Source: Deltaproteobacteria bacterium (lineage in GTDB: Bacteria > SAR324 > NAC60-12). Taken from it: 64,000 nt of DNA. Positions 18,889 to 28,576 of this stretch are shown in pieces. The DNA lies in assembly GCA_038150265.1 (NCBI GenBank), contig JAYOTF010000017.1, positions 2,870-66,869 on the forward strand, written 5' to 3'. Each line of letters opens with the position of its first letter. The stretch's first letter is position 1. The position numbers were made by a program, and so were the translations under genes. Below the pieces are notes generated by a model that was not told where the DNA came from, ran no database searches, and saw nothing but the letters and a program-made list of their open reading frames with translations.

Positions 18889-20493
18889 ATGCAAACCAAA
18901 TTCATCTTCATCACTGGCGGTGTTGTGTCCGGACTGGGCAAGGGAATCACGGCAGCCTCCATTGGGGCCCTTCTGGAAGCACGAGGGCTCACCGTGAGCC
19001 TGATGAAGCTGGATCCCTACATCAATGTGGATGCGGGGACCATGAACCCCTTTCAGCATGGAGAGGTGTTTGTCACCCATGATGGAGCTGAAACGGACCT
19101 CGACATTGGGCACTATGAGCGGTACACCAACGCCTCCCTGACCCGCAAGCACAACCGCACCACCGGACAGATCTACGACTCGATCCTCCGGAAGGAACGC
19201 GCCGGCGAGTACCTGGGGGCAACCGTGCAGGTGGTTCCGCATGTCATTGACGAAATCAAGCAAAGCATCCTCGAAGCCGCTCAGGGCAACGACATCTGCA
19301 TTGTCGAAATCGGCGGCACCGTCGGCGACATCGAATCCCTGCCCTTCCTTGAGGCCATCCGGCAGTTCCGGCATGACCAGGGACGCGACAACTCGCTGTT
19401 TGTCCACCTGACCCTGATCGTCCACACCACCGAAATGAAGACCAAGCCCACGCAGCACAGCGTCGGGAAGCTCCGGGAGATTGGCATTCAGCCGGAAATC
19501 CTCATCTGTCGCACAGCCGAGGCGATTCCGGAGAAGCTGAAGGCGAAGATTGCCCTGTTCACCAACGTTGAGGAAGACGCCGTCTTTGACGGACTCGATG
19601 TGGACTCGGTTTATGAGGTCCCGCTCATGTTCCACCGTCAGCAGCTGGATGACAAGGTCGTGGAGTACCTGCGGATGTGGACGCGGCGCCCGAAGCTGCA
19701 GCCCTGGGTGGATGTCGTTGACACCTACAAGAACCCGAAAGCCGAGGTCAATCTGGCGTTTGTCGGCAAATACGTCAACCAGCGAGACTCCTACGAAAGC
19801 CTCAATGAGGCCCTGGTCCACGGCGGCTTGGCGAACCAATTGCAGGTCAACCTGCATTACGTCAATTCGGAAGAGTTGACCGCCCAGAACCTGGAGGAGC
19901 ACCTTCAGGGCGTCGATGGCGTTCTCGTTGCGCCCGGATTTGGGGAGCGAGGCATTGAGGGAAAGATTGACGCCGTCCGCTATGCGCGGGAAAACGGCAT
20001 CCCCTTCCTCGGCATCTGCCTTGGCATGCAGATGGCCATCATCGAGTTTGCCCGCAACGTCGCGGGCCTGAAGGATGCTCATACCGGAGAGATCCGCCCG
20101 GGGAATCCGGACAACGTCATTGACCTGATGCCTGAGCAAGAAGGCATGGAAGCCACCGGAGGATCCATGCGCCTGGGGGCCTACCCGACTCAGCTGAAGG
20201 CAGACTCCCTGCTGGCCAAAATTTATGGTGCCACTGAGATTGAAGAGCGGCACCGGCACCGCTACGAAGTCATGGAACGCTTTGTTCCCCAACTGGAAGC
20301 TGCTGGGCTCATCATCGCTGGGCGGCACCCGGAACGTCACCTTGTGGAAGCCATTGAGCTTTCAGATCACCCCTGGTTCGTTGGTTGTCAGTATCACCCC
20401 GAATTGCAATCCAAGCCCCTGAAGCCGCACCCGTTGTTCGCGTCCTTTGTCGCAGCGGCTCACGCGTATCGGGTCGCTCACCCCGCAACCTAG
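18889..20493 (+). CDS. pyrG: CTP synthase
   Basis: [24 protein letters not shown]..., and GATase domain GICLGMQ...HRHRYE. About 534 aa from the internal ATG 18889. Confidence 0.97.
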   Translation: MQTKFIFITGGVVSGLGKGITAASIGALLEARGLTVSLMKLDPYINVDAGTMNPFQHGEVFVTHDGAETDLDIGHYERYTNASLTRKHNRTTGQIYDSILRKERAGEYLGATVQVVPHVIDEIKQSILEAAQGNDICIVEIGGTVGDIESLPFLEAIRQFRHDQGRDNSLFVHLTLIVHTTEMKTKPTQHSVGKLREIGIQPEILICRTAEAIPEKLKAKIALFTNVEEDAVFDGLDVDSVYEVPLMFHRQQLDDKVVEYLRMWTRRPKLQPWVDVVDTYKNPKAEVNLAFVGKYVNQRDSYESLNEALVHGGLANQLQVNLHYVNSEELTAQNLEEHLQGVDGVLVAPGFGERGIEGKIDAVRYARENGIPFLGICLGMQMAIIEFARNVAGLKDAHTGEIRPGNPDNVIDLMPEQEGMEATGGSMRLGAYPTQLKADSLLAKIYGATEIEERHRHRYEVMERFVPQLEAAGLIIAGRHPERHLVEAIELSDHPWFVGCQYHPELQSKPLKPHPLFASFVAAAHAYRVAHPAT

Positions 20494-20501
20494 CCCTGCC
20501 G

Positions 20502-21647
20502 ATGGTACGGTTCCTTCTCGTGGTGCTCCTCTTCAGCGCGTCGCTGCTGCATGCGCAGCAACAGATCGCGGTGGAGACGTTCCAGATCAGCCAAAGCACG
20601 CTCAACCACCTCCAGCGAGAAGGCCTGCCCGAGTCCCTGTTGGGAAACCTGATTCCGCTGACCGGCAAGGAGTTTGGCTCCCGGGAAGTCTTTACCCAGG
20701 TTCTGCGCGAGCTGCCCATTCCTCCAGAGGAGCCGGAAGAGCTGGAGCTGATTCTGCGCTACTCCGGACAGGAGCGGCTCAAGATTGAGGCCGAGGAATT
20801 CCTCAGCAACCTTTCGGAAGGCGAGGCCATCTTCCGGGGAAACGTCCGGGGGCGGGTCGCGCGGGAAAACCTCGACTTCCACATGGCCAAGCTCCGGGTG
20901 CTGCGTCAGGCAGGCGCCAAGCAGGAGCGACTCATTGGCGAGGGTGGAGTCGAGTTCAAGCAGTGGGAGCGCCTGGCTCGCATGGATTACGTGACCTATG
21001 AGCGAGGCCTCACGCCCGGAAGCACTTCGGAAGGCCGGAAGTTCCGGATGGAGGGCAACGTCCTCATTGAAGCCGAACAGGGCAGCCTCAGCGCCCACCT
21101 CGTGAACGCGGACCTGTCTCGGCAGATTGTGGTGCTCGAGGGACAGAACTCGGCCCAGGGTCGCATTCGCCTCGAAGTCCGGCCCGACCTGCTGGAAACC
21201 GAGCCTCAGCTTCGCGCGCCGGGGGAGCCGCCCAGCCTGCTCCTGCAGGCCTACCGGGCCGAGTTGAACGGCGAGGAACGCCGGGCCATCTTTGAAGGAG
21301 ACGTCGAGATGGAGCGGCAGCCTCAAGGCGTGTACGTCCGGAGCGGGCGCATTGAAATCCGCTTCAACGAGCGGCAGCAGATCAACTCCGCCCAGGCCGA
21401 GCGTGGGGTGTGCATTGAGCAGCCCGGACGCCTGGCCCGCGCAGATCAGGCCTACTTCAATGACATTGCCCAGACCATTCGTCTTGAGGGCACCGCCGAG
21501 GTGTACTCCGGAAGCTACATCCTCAAGGGCAACTCCATTACCCTGTTTCTGGATGTGAACCGAGGAGTCGCACAAGGCGATGAAATGGCCCCGATCGAAG
21601 TGACCATTGCAATGGAAAATCAACCTCAACCCTTCCAGTGTCGATGA
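20502..21647 (+). CDS. Secreted OstA/LptA-like protein, apparently with two tandem OstA-like modules
   Basis: Signal peptide MVRFLLVVLLFSASLLHAQ. It has repeated beta-jellyroll-type segments. These are AIFRGNVRG, FRMEGNVLIEAEQGSLSAHLVNADLS, AIFEGDVEMERQ...GRIEIRF and IRLEGTAEVYSGSYILKGNSITLF. Confidence 0.6.
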   Translation: MVRFLLVVLLFSASLLHAQQQIAVETFQISQSTLNHLQREGLPESLLGNLIPLTGKEFGSREVFTQVLRELPIPPEEPEELELILRYSGQERLKIEAEEFLSNLSEGEAIFRGNVRGRVARENLDFHMAKLRVLRQAGAKQERLIGEGGVEFKQWERLARMDYVTYERGLTPGSTSEGRKFRMEGNVLIEAEQGSLSAHLVNADLSRQIVVLEGQNSAQGRIRLEVRPDLLETEPQLRAPGEPPSLLLQAYRAELNGEERRAIFEGDVEMERQPQGVYVRSGRIEIRFNERQQINSAQAERGVCIEQPGRLARADQAYFNDIAQTIRLEGTAEVYSGSYILKGNSITLFLDVNRGVAQGDEMAPIEVTIAMENQPQPFQCR

Positions 21648-22111
21648 AAGTTTCTTCCTCAAACCCCAACGCAGCAGACGCCAAAAAAGAGCCGAACCCC
21701 CGTCCCAAGCTGGCTCTGGACAACGCCTTCAAGACCGAGCGTTCCGGCATTGCCCTCTACACCGAGCGTCCGGGAGACGGTCCACGCATTGAAGAGGGCG
21801 CCCAGGTCAAGGTTCACTACGAAGGCTGGCTGGCCAAGGACTACACCCTGTTTGACAGCAGCCGCAAGAAGCGCAAGCCCTTCCAGTTCGAGTTTGGCAA
21901 GGGCACCGTCATCAAGGGCTGGGAAGAGGCCCTGAAGGACGTCCGGGAAGGCACCAAGCTGCAGGTCAAGATTCCGGCGGCGCTGGCTTACGGACGCGAA
22001 GGGGTGCCGCAGTTGGGCATTCCGCCTCAGTCGGACCTGATCTTCAAGGTGGAGGTCCTCAAGGTTGAAAATCCCACTCCTCCTGATCAACCCCGCAAAC
22101 GCGTGGCCTGA
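21644..22111 (+). CDS. FKBP-type peptidyl-prolyl cis-trans isomerase
   Basis: VKVHYEGWL..GTLFDSS...FEFGKGTVIKGWEEAL..M..G.K..V.IP..LAYG pattern. ATGA overlap with the upstream gene. Confidence 0.9.
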   Translation: MKVSSSNPNAADAKKEPNPRPKLALDNAFKTERSGIALYTERPGDGPRIEEGAQVKVHYEGWLAKDYTLFDSSRKKRKPFQFEFGKGTVIKGWEEALKDVREGTKLQVKIPAALAYGREGVPQLGIPPQSDLIFKVEVLKVENPTPPDQPRKRVA

Positions 22112-22119
22112 AAGACGCT

Positions 22120-23439
22120 ATGGAAACCTCTCCGCTGATCAGCATTGTCGATGATGAGCCCGGCATCCGGGAAACCCTGGTGGGGGTCCTGGAAGACGAG
22201 GGCTACCAGGCCCAGGCCTTTGCCGATGCCTCCAGCTTTCTCGAAGCCCTGGACACGCAGGAGCCCGCGCTGGTGCTGCTGGACATCTGGCTTCCGGGCA
22301 TGGACGGCATGGCCGTTCTGGCGCGCCTCCGGGAGCAGCGCCCCCACCTGCCCGTGATCATGATGAGTGGGCATGCCGGCATTGAGGCAGCCGTCAATTC
22401 GATCAAGCTGGGCGCCTCGGACTTCCTGGAAAAGCCGCTGCACCTGGAGGTTCTGCTGGACAAGGTGGCCGGACTCGCCCAACGGAAGCGACGGGTGGAA
22501 CAGGCCCTTCCTTCCGACACCCGGCTGGAAATTGCGCGCTACGAAGATGACGTTCCCTCCGGAGCAGCCGAATTGGTGGAGGGCGAGCAGCCTCAGCGAA
22601 CACTCAAGAGCAACGTGGTCCTCAATGGAACCGGGCTCCTCAGTGGCCGGAACACGGGCATCATCCTCAGCCCGCTTGATGAAGGCTCCGGAATCGTCTT
22701 CCAGGCCCTTGATGGCACCACCATTCCCGGAACCATCACCTCGCTGGAGGGCTTTGCCCAGGCCACGGCTTCCCAGACCTTCACCGCCAACTCCACGGTG
22801 CTGACCAGCGGCAGCCGACGCATCCGGACCGTTGAACACCTCCTTGCAGCAGTCGGCATGGCCGGACTGACCAACGTCCTCATCAAGGCCGATGAAGAGA
22901 TTCCCAACATCGACGGCTCGGCGGCAGACTTCACCCGCATGATCCATGAGACCGGTGTTCAGGAACAGGCGGCTCGGCGCCAGGAGGTCCGGATCCGGAA
23001 ACGCATTCAGGTCGGCCCCGAAGATTTGGCCCAGAAGTTTCTTTATGTGGAACCCTACGACGGCTTTGAGGTGCAGATGCGCGTGGACTACCCTGCTCCG
23101 ATTCTGGAGCAGCAGTTTACCTTCAATGCCGCCCAGCACTCCTTTGAAGCAGAAATTGCTCCGGCCCGCTCGTTCAACACGTTTGAAAACATCGACATGG
23201 CCCAGAAGCTGGGCAAGGTCGGAAGCGGCTACCTGAATTCCCACATCATCCTCCACGAGGGCAAGGTCATCAACACCACCCTGCACTTTCCGGATGAGTT
23301 CGTCCGACACAAGGTGCTGGACCTGATTGGCGACCTCTACCTCATTGGCTACCCCTTGCGGGGACGTGTCGTTGCCAACATGACCTCCCATGGCTACAAC
23401 CAGGCCCTGGCTCAAAAAATCCACCACGCCCTCAACTGA
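22120..23439 (+). CDS. lpxC: Fusion protein: NtrC-type receiver (REC) domain plus UDP-3-O-acyl-N-acetylglucosamine deacetylase (LpxC)
   Basis: REC residues: D11-D12, D55 (LVLLDIWLPGMDG), S83 (MMSGHA), K105 (DFLEKP). LpxC motifs after a ~45-aa linker: QRTLK..V.L.GTGL, TVEHLLAAV, IPNIDGSA, FPDEFVRHKVLDLIGDL, TSHGYNQAL. One continuous 439-aa ORF. Confidence 0.85.
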   Translation: METSPLISIVDDEPGIRETLVGVLEDEGYQAQAFADASSFLEALDTQEPALVLLDIWLPGMDGMAVLARLREQRPHLPVIMMSGHAGIEAAVNSIKLGASDFLEKPLHLEVLLDKVAGLAQRKRRVEQALPSDTRLEIARYEDDVPSGAAELVEGEQPQRTLKSNVVLNGTGLLSGRNTGIILSPLDEGSGIVFQALDGTTIPGTITSLEGFAQATASQTFTANSTVLTSGSRRIRTVEHLLAAVGMAGLTNVLIKADEEIPNIDGSAADFTRMIHETGVQEQAARRQEVRIRKRIQVGPEDLAQKFLYVEPYDGFEVQMRVDYPAPILEQQFTFNAAQHSFEAEIAPARSFNTFENIDMAQKLGKVGSGYLNSHIILHEGKVINTTLHFPDEFVRHKVLDLIGDLYLIGYPLRGRVVANMTSHGYNQALAQKIHHALN

Positions 23440-23441
23440 CC

Positions 23442-23918
23442 ATGCGCCACCGAGCCCGGATGCACGCCCTGCAGGCGCTGTATCAAGCAGACATCTGGGG
23501 GCATACCAGTCCTCAACAGGCCGCCAAGCTGCTGCACGAACTGCAACTCCCGGAAGAAGTGGAGTCCTTTGCTCTCGAGATGATCGCGGGGACGCTGAAG
23601 CAGCGCGCTGAGATCGACGAACGCCTCCGGAACAACCTGGAAAAGTGGCGGCTGGAGCGCCTCTCGGTCACCACTCGGAATATTCTGCGCCTGGCCACTT
23701 ACGAGCTGTGTTACGGTCCGGACCTGCCCCGGCATGTCGTCTTTGACGAGGCGCTTGAGCTGTGCAAGGAGTTTGTGGATGAGAGCTTTCACGGGCTGGT
23801 CAACCGGGTGCTGCAGAAGGTCTATGATGCGCATCAGGGGCGGAACACTCCTGAAGACGTTCCAGCGGTTCCCCCCTCACCCGAGCCGCCTTCCCCTCTT
23901 CCAGAAGCAGGGGAGTGA
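23442..23918 (+). CDS. nusB: Transcription antitermination factor NusB
   Basis: RHRARMHALQALYQ...NILRLATYEL....P..VV.DEA.EL.K.F pattern. Confidence 0.9.
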   Translation: MRHRARMHALQALYQADIWGHTSPQQAAKLLHELQLPEEVESFALEMIAGTLKQRAEIDERLRNNLEKWRLERLSVTTRNILRLATYELCYGPDLPRHVVFDEALELCKEFVDESFHGLVNRVLQKVYDAHQGRNTPEDVPAVPPSPEPPSPLPEAGE

Positions 23919-23974
23919 AGCCTCTGCAACCGGCGGCATCGAAGAAATCAACTGATTTCATGAGAAAAATAGTG

Positions 23975-24002
23975 TTGTAATCCTCCATGACAGCGCTATA
24001 TT
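23975..24002 (+). promoter_or_regulatory. Candidate sigma70-type promoter for the IHF/HU gene (TTGTAA-16 nt-TATATT)
   Basis: Read directly in the AT-rich gap 23919-24093. The consensus of this organism is unknown. Confidence 0.3.
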
Positions 24003-24093
24003 AATTCCTTCGCATGCCACGTTCGTACCGACCTCATGCCTGTGGGACTCCCGAACGTCTTCATTACTGCTCAAACTCAGACTGTCCTTTCTC

Positions 24094-24369
24094 ATGGTCA
24101 AGGTTGACATCATTCGCGCCGTTCAATTGAAAGCTGAAATCCAGTTTGGCGAAGCCGAAAAGCTGGTCAACATCCTCCTCGATCTCGTCAAGGACTGCTT
24201 GGAAGAAGGGGAAGATGTCCTGATCACGGGGCTGGGCAAGTTTGCGCTTCGGGACAAAAAAATGCGCCCAGGCCGGGACCCGAAGTCCAAAAAGGACTAC
24301 GTCATTTCAGCGCGACGGATTGTGACCTTTCACCCTTCCAAGGTCTGGCGCGACGAGCTGAACCGCTAG
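24094..24369 (+). CDS. IHF/HU family DNA-binding protein
   Basis: GLGKFALRDKKMRPGRDPKSKKDYVISARRIVTFHPSK matches the IHF/HU beta-arm signature. Confidence 0.9.
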   Translation: MVKVDIIRAVQLKAEIQFGEAEKLVNILLDLVKDCLEEGEDVLITGLGKFALRDKKMRPGRDPKSKKDYVISARRIVTFHPSKVWRDELNR

Positions 24370-24393
24370 GCTCCCCCTCTTCCTTACCTCCGG

Positions 24394-25683
24394 ATGCAGG
24401 CCCTCACTCTTCTGAACCGTCTCTTTGAAGTAGCGGTTGCCCGCGCTCAGCCTTCGGTTTGCCTGCCTCCTCACCTGCACGATCTCCCCTCCATCTCCGG
24501 TCGCTTTGTGGTGCTGGGCGCTGGCAAGGCTTCTGCCGCCATGGCGCGGGCCGTTGAGGTTTTCCTCCGGGACCACCGCCCTGACCTTTTTGCTCGCCTG
24601 GAAGGGCTCGTCCTCACCCGCTATGGCTACCAGGTGCCCTGTGAGCGTCTGGAAATCCTCGAAGCGGGCCATCCGGTTCCAGATCGGCAAGGCCTGCAGG
24701 GCACTCAGCGGATGCTCACGCTGGCCGACTCCCTCACCGAAGCTGACTTTGCCCTCTGCCTCATCTCCGGAGGAGGCTCCGCCTTGCTGACGCTTCCTGC
24801 GCCCGGCATCAGCCTTGAAGACAAGCAGGCCGTCAACCGCCAGCTGCTGCGCTCCGGAGCCACCATCCACGAAATGAATCGCGTCCGGAAGCACCTCTCC
24901 GCCGTCAAGGGCGGACGCTTGGCCCAGGCGATCTTTCCGGCTCCACTCCGGACCCTTGCCATTTCGGATGTGCCGGGAGACGACCTCTCCGTCATTGCCT
25001 CCGGCCCAACGGTTCCGGATGAGTCCACATTTGCAGAAGCCCGGGAAGTGCTGGCTCGGTACCAGGTCCTTCCACCCGAGTCGATCCGGCAGCACCTGGA
25101 CGCCGCCACAGTGGAAACGCTCAAACCCGGAACCGAGGTTCCGATCAACACCGAAGCTCGCTTGGTGGCCACCCCTCAGGACATGCTCGAAGCTGCTGCG
25201 GCTCAGGCCCGGGAATGGGGCTGGACGCCCTGGATTCTCAGTGATCGCATGGAAGGAGAAGCCCGCGAGGTGGCCAAGGTTCATGCGGCCCTTGCGGAAC
25301 AGATTCAACGCCGTTCGCAACCGATTGCGCCTCCCGTTGTGCTGCTCTCCGGAGGGGAAACCACGGTGACGGTTCGAGGAAAGGGAAAGGGGGGGCGCAA
25401 CACCGAATTTGCCCTGGCGTTGCTGGAGGCCCTGCGGGGGTGCCCCGGAATCGCGGCACTGGCGTGCGACACCGACGGAATTGATGGCACTGAAACCAAC
25501 GCTGGGGCCTGCTTTGACGATCAGGCCTTTGCACAGGCTCAGGCACAGGGGCTGTCCGCGGGAGCCTTTCTCGCAGAAAACGACGCCTACTGCTTCTTTG
25601 AGGCCCTCGGTGGACTCGTGGAGTCAGGCCCCACCTTCACCAACGTCAACGACTTCCGGGCAATTCTCATTGAGCCCCGATAG
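24394..25683 (+). CDS. Glycerate 2-kinase / hydroxypyruvate reductase-like (DUF4147 plus MOFRL domains)
   Basis: VLGAGKASAAMA, CLISGGGSALL, LLSGGETTV..RG.GKGGRN.EF and TDGIDG motifs typical of the GckA/TtuD family. Confidence 0.85.
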   Translation: MQALTLLNRLFEVAVARAQPSVCLPPHLHDLPSISGRFVVLGAGKASAAMARAVEVFLRDHRPDLFARLEGLVLTRYGYQVPCERLEILEAGHPVPDRQGLQGTQRMLTLADSLTEADFALCLISGGGSALLTLPAPGISLEDKQAVNRQLLRSGATIHEMNRVRKHLSAVKGGRLAQAIFPAPLRTLAISDVPGDDLSVIASGPTVPDESTFAEAREVLARYQVLPPESIRQHLDAATVETLKPGTEVPINTEARLVATPQDMLEAAAAQAREWGWTPWILSDRMEGEAREVAKVHAALAEQIQRRSQPIAPPVVLLSGGETTVTVRGKGKGGRNTEFALALLEALRGCPGIAALACDTDGIDGTETNAGACFDDQAFAQAQAQGLSAGAFLAENDAYCFFEALGGLVESGPTFTNVNDFRAILIEPR

Positions 25684-25685
25684 GC

Positions 25686-26585
25686 TCACCCGGCCCGTGC
25701 AATGGCGATCAAAGCGGTGCCCACCACAGCCACTGCTGCACCAGCCCACGCCATTGCGGGCGGGCGGACCCTGGTTCGGGCCCACACAAGCGGCAGGATC
25801 AGCACGGGGGTCGTCGCTGAGAGGGTTGCCACCACTCCTGCATCTCCCTGCCCCAGCGCAAAGAGCAACAGCGTCATGCCCAGCCCCATCCCCAGCAGAC
25901 CACTGAGGACAATGCCTCCGAGCAATTCGCGATTCAGTGCCGTTTTGGCCCGGAAGACCGGGTTCGGCAGCAGGCCCAGCAGATTGAGCCCAACTGCAGC
26001 CGTTCCGACTCGTAAAGCGGAGGCGGTCACCGGATCCAGCCCTGAGGCCATCACCGGGCGCGCAATCACCGACCCAATGGATTGCCCAAGCGCTGCGAGC
26101 AGGCCCAGCAGAATGCCGTAGCGCAACCGTCCCTCTGTCGAGTCCAGGGTCGTCGGCTCCGTTTGTCGACGTCCCAGGATGGCCAGCATGACTCCGGAAG
26201 GAACCAGCGCGCAGCCGACCAGAGTCAACGGCAGCAGGTGTTCTTCAAGAAAGAACCAGCTCAGCGCAACCGTCAGAGGAGCATTCAGGGCAAAGACCAC
26301 CGCTGAACGGCTCGGTCCCAGCCGCTGCAGGGACGCAAACAGCGCCGTATCTCCCAAGAAGATTCCCACGAATCCGGAGAGCATCAGCGCCTGAGTGGTC
26401 TCCCGCGTGAGGCCCTGCCATCCTTGGGTTCCCCAGGCGACTCCGGCGAGCATGACAAAGACCAACGCCATCCGGACCCGATTGAAGGCAAGAGGCCCTA
26501 ACTGCCGGATGGGGCCCACGGCCACAATGCCGCCAAGGGCCCAACACAACGCTGCTCCTACAGCAGCCAACTCACCGATGAGCAT
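25686..26585 (-). CDS. DMT superfamily (EamA-like) transporter
   Basis: 10-TM protein with two EamA-like halves. Convergent with the glycerate kinase gene, 2-nt gap. Confidence 0.8.
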   Translation of the reverse strand: MLIGELAAVGAALCWALGGIVAVGPIRQLGPLAFNRVRMALVFVMLAGVAWGTQGWQGLTRETTQALMLSGFVGIFLGDTALFASLQRLGPSRSAVVFALNAPLTVALSWFFLEEHLLPLTLVGCALVPSGVMLAILGRRQTEPTTLDSTEGRLRYGILLGLLAALGQSIGSVIARPVMASGLDPVTASALRVGTAAVGLNLLGLLPNPVFRAKTALNRELLGGIVLSGLLGMGLGMTLLLFALGQGDAGVVATLSATTPVLILPLVWARTRVRPPAMAWAGAAVAVVGTALIAIARAG

Positions 26586-26876
26586 GATTTTAAAAACACA
26601 ACAGGAGGAACTCCCAACACTTGGCGGGCGAGGAAGGGATCACGAAAATGCAGGAATTGAGATCAGAGCCTTGAGTTTTGACTGGGGAAGCTCATATGAT
26701 TGGACGTTGCCCTGGGGTGAAAATGGACGATCCCGCAACAGGCTAAGGGTTCCGAGATTGTATTCATGAATTTTTACATTCAAGCAGCAGGAAGCCGCTC
26801 CCCAGGGTCTTTGTGAAAACACAGCAACAAGTGTGCCCGGCACCCCTCATCTTTTGTCCGCCCTCCTCCCTGGTTC

Positions 26877-27479
26877 ATGGCTAAGTTGTACTTCTATTAT
26901 TCCGCAATGAACGCGGGGAAGACGACGACCCTCTTGCAGTCGAACTACAACTACCAGGAGCGGGGCATGAACACGCTGGTGCTGAAACCACTGCTGGATC
27001 AGCGCTATGGCGCTGTTGTCCGCTCCCGGATTGGACTGGAAGCCGCGGCGGTCAACTTTGAGCGGACGGATGAACTGGCGCCACTGGTCGACTCGTTTCA
27101 GCGGAAGCAGCCTCTGCACTGTGTGCTCGTTGATGAGGCCCAGTTTTTGACCGAAGCCCAGGTTCTGGAGTTGACTGAAGTCGTTGATCAGCAGCGCATT
27201 CCGGTGCTTGCCTATGGCCTCCGGACAGACTTTCAGGGAAAGCTGTTTGAAGGCAGCCAACACCTGTTGGCGTGGGCCGATGAGCTACGTGAAATCAAGA
27301 CCATCTGTCACTGTGGCAGCAAGGCCACCATGGTCCTGCGCCTTGATGAGTCTGGGCAACCGGTTTCCCTCGGAGATCAAATTGAAATTGGCGGAAACGA
27401 CCGATACGTTTCCGTGTGCCGCCGGCACTTCAAGGCACGCTGTGCCGAACCCTCTTCTCATACGACATCGACCTCATGA
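26877..27479 (+). CDS. tdk: Thymidine kinase
   Basis: P-loop [22 protein letters not shown], and Zn-ribbon CHCG...CRRH. Confidence 0.95.
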   Translation: MAKLYFYYSAMNAGKTTTLLQSNYNYQERGMNTLVLKPLLDQRYGAVVRSRIGLEAAAVNFERTDELAPLVDSFQRKQPLHCVLVDEAQFLTEAQVLELTEVVDQQRIPVLAYGLRTDFQGKLFEGSQHLLAWADELREIKTICHCGSKATMVLRLDESGQPVSLGDQIEIGGNDRYVSVCRRHFKARCAEPSSHTTSTS

Positions 27480-28483
27480 AACCGAATGTGGCCATTGCCG
27501 GAGCAACCGGTGCTGTTGGTGCAGAATTTCTGAAGCTGCTCGAAGCTCGAGACTTCCCAATCAACCAACTGCGGCTCCTGGCCTCTGCTCGCTCCGCCGG
27601 AACCACCCTGACGTTTCGGGGAGAAGCCCTTCCGGTTGAAGAACTGACGGCTGATTCCTTTTCCGGAATCGACATTGCGTTCTTTTCTGCAGGAGGTGAC
27701 CGCAGCAAGGAGTTTGCGCCCCATGCCGCTCAAGCGGGTGCCGTCGTCATTGACAACTCCAGCGCCTTCCGGATGGACCCCGAGGTGCCCCTGGTCGTTC
27801 CCGAGATCAACCCGGAGGAGGCCTTCAAGCACAAGGGCATCATTGCCAACCCGAACTGCTCCACGATTCAAATGGTGGTGGCCCTCAATCCGCTGCACCA
27901 GGCAGCAGGACTGAAGCGGGTCATCGTTTCAACCTACCAGGCCGTTTCCGGAGCCGGGGCCAAGGGCATGGAGGAGTTGCAGGAGCAGGTCCGTGCCTGG
28001 GTCAAGGGTCAGCCGATGGAAGCGCAGGCCTTTCCGGCACAGATCGCGTTCAACCTCTTTCCCCACATTGACGTCTTCCAGGAAAACGGATACACCAAGG
28101 AAGAGATGAAGATGGTGCTGGAGACTCAAAAGATCATGAGCCTTCCGGACCTTCCGGTCTCGGCAACCTGTGTGCGGGTGCCTGTGCTGCGAGCCCACTC
28201 GGAGGCGGTTTGGATTGAAACCGAGCGCCCTCTTTCGCCTGCGGAAGCCCGTGAAGTCCTCCAGCAAGCGCCCGGTCTGCAGGTGCTTGATGAGCCACGA
28301 GCCGGAGGTTACCCAATGCCGTGGGACGTCGCGGAGACCTTTGATACCTTCGTCGGACGCATCCGGGAAGACCTCTCACACCCGAATGGACTGACGTTCT
28401 GGGTGGTTGCGGATCAGTTGTACAAAGGCGCGGCTCTCAATGCCATTCAGATTGGAGAGCTGCTGCTTGCGCGTGCTTCCTGA
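27476..28483 (+). CDS. asd: Aspartate-semialdehyde dehydrogenase
   Basis: [14 protein letters not shown] motif and active-site NPNCSTI. ATGA overlap with tdk. Confidence 0.95.
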   Translation: MKPNVAIAGATGAVGAEFLKLLEARDFPINQLRLLASARSAGTTLTFRGEALPVEELTADSFSGIDIAFFSAGGDRSKEFAPHAAQAGAVVIDNSSAFRMDPEVPLVVPEINPEEAFKHKGIIANPNCSTIQMVVALNPLHQAAGLKRVIVSTYQAVSGAGAKGMEELQEQVRAWVKGQPMEAQAFPAQIAFNLFPHIDVFQENGYTKEEMKMVLETQKIMSLPDLPVSATCVRVPVLRAHSEAVWIETERPLSPAEAREVLQQAPGLQVLDEPRAGGYPMPWDVAETFDTFVGRIREDLSHPNGLTFWVVADQLYKGAALNAIQIGELLLARAS

Positions 28484-28576
28484 TCCTGATTCTTCCCTCA
28501 AACCCATTGCTGGTCCCAGTTCTTGCACGAGTTCTGGTTATAGTTCTGCTTCGCTTAATTAACCTAAACACAAACC

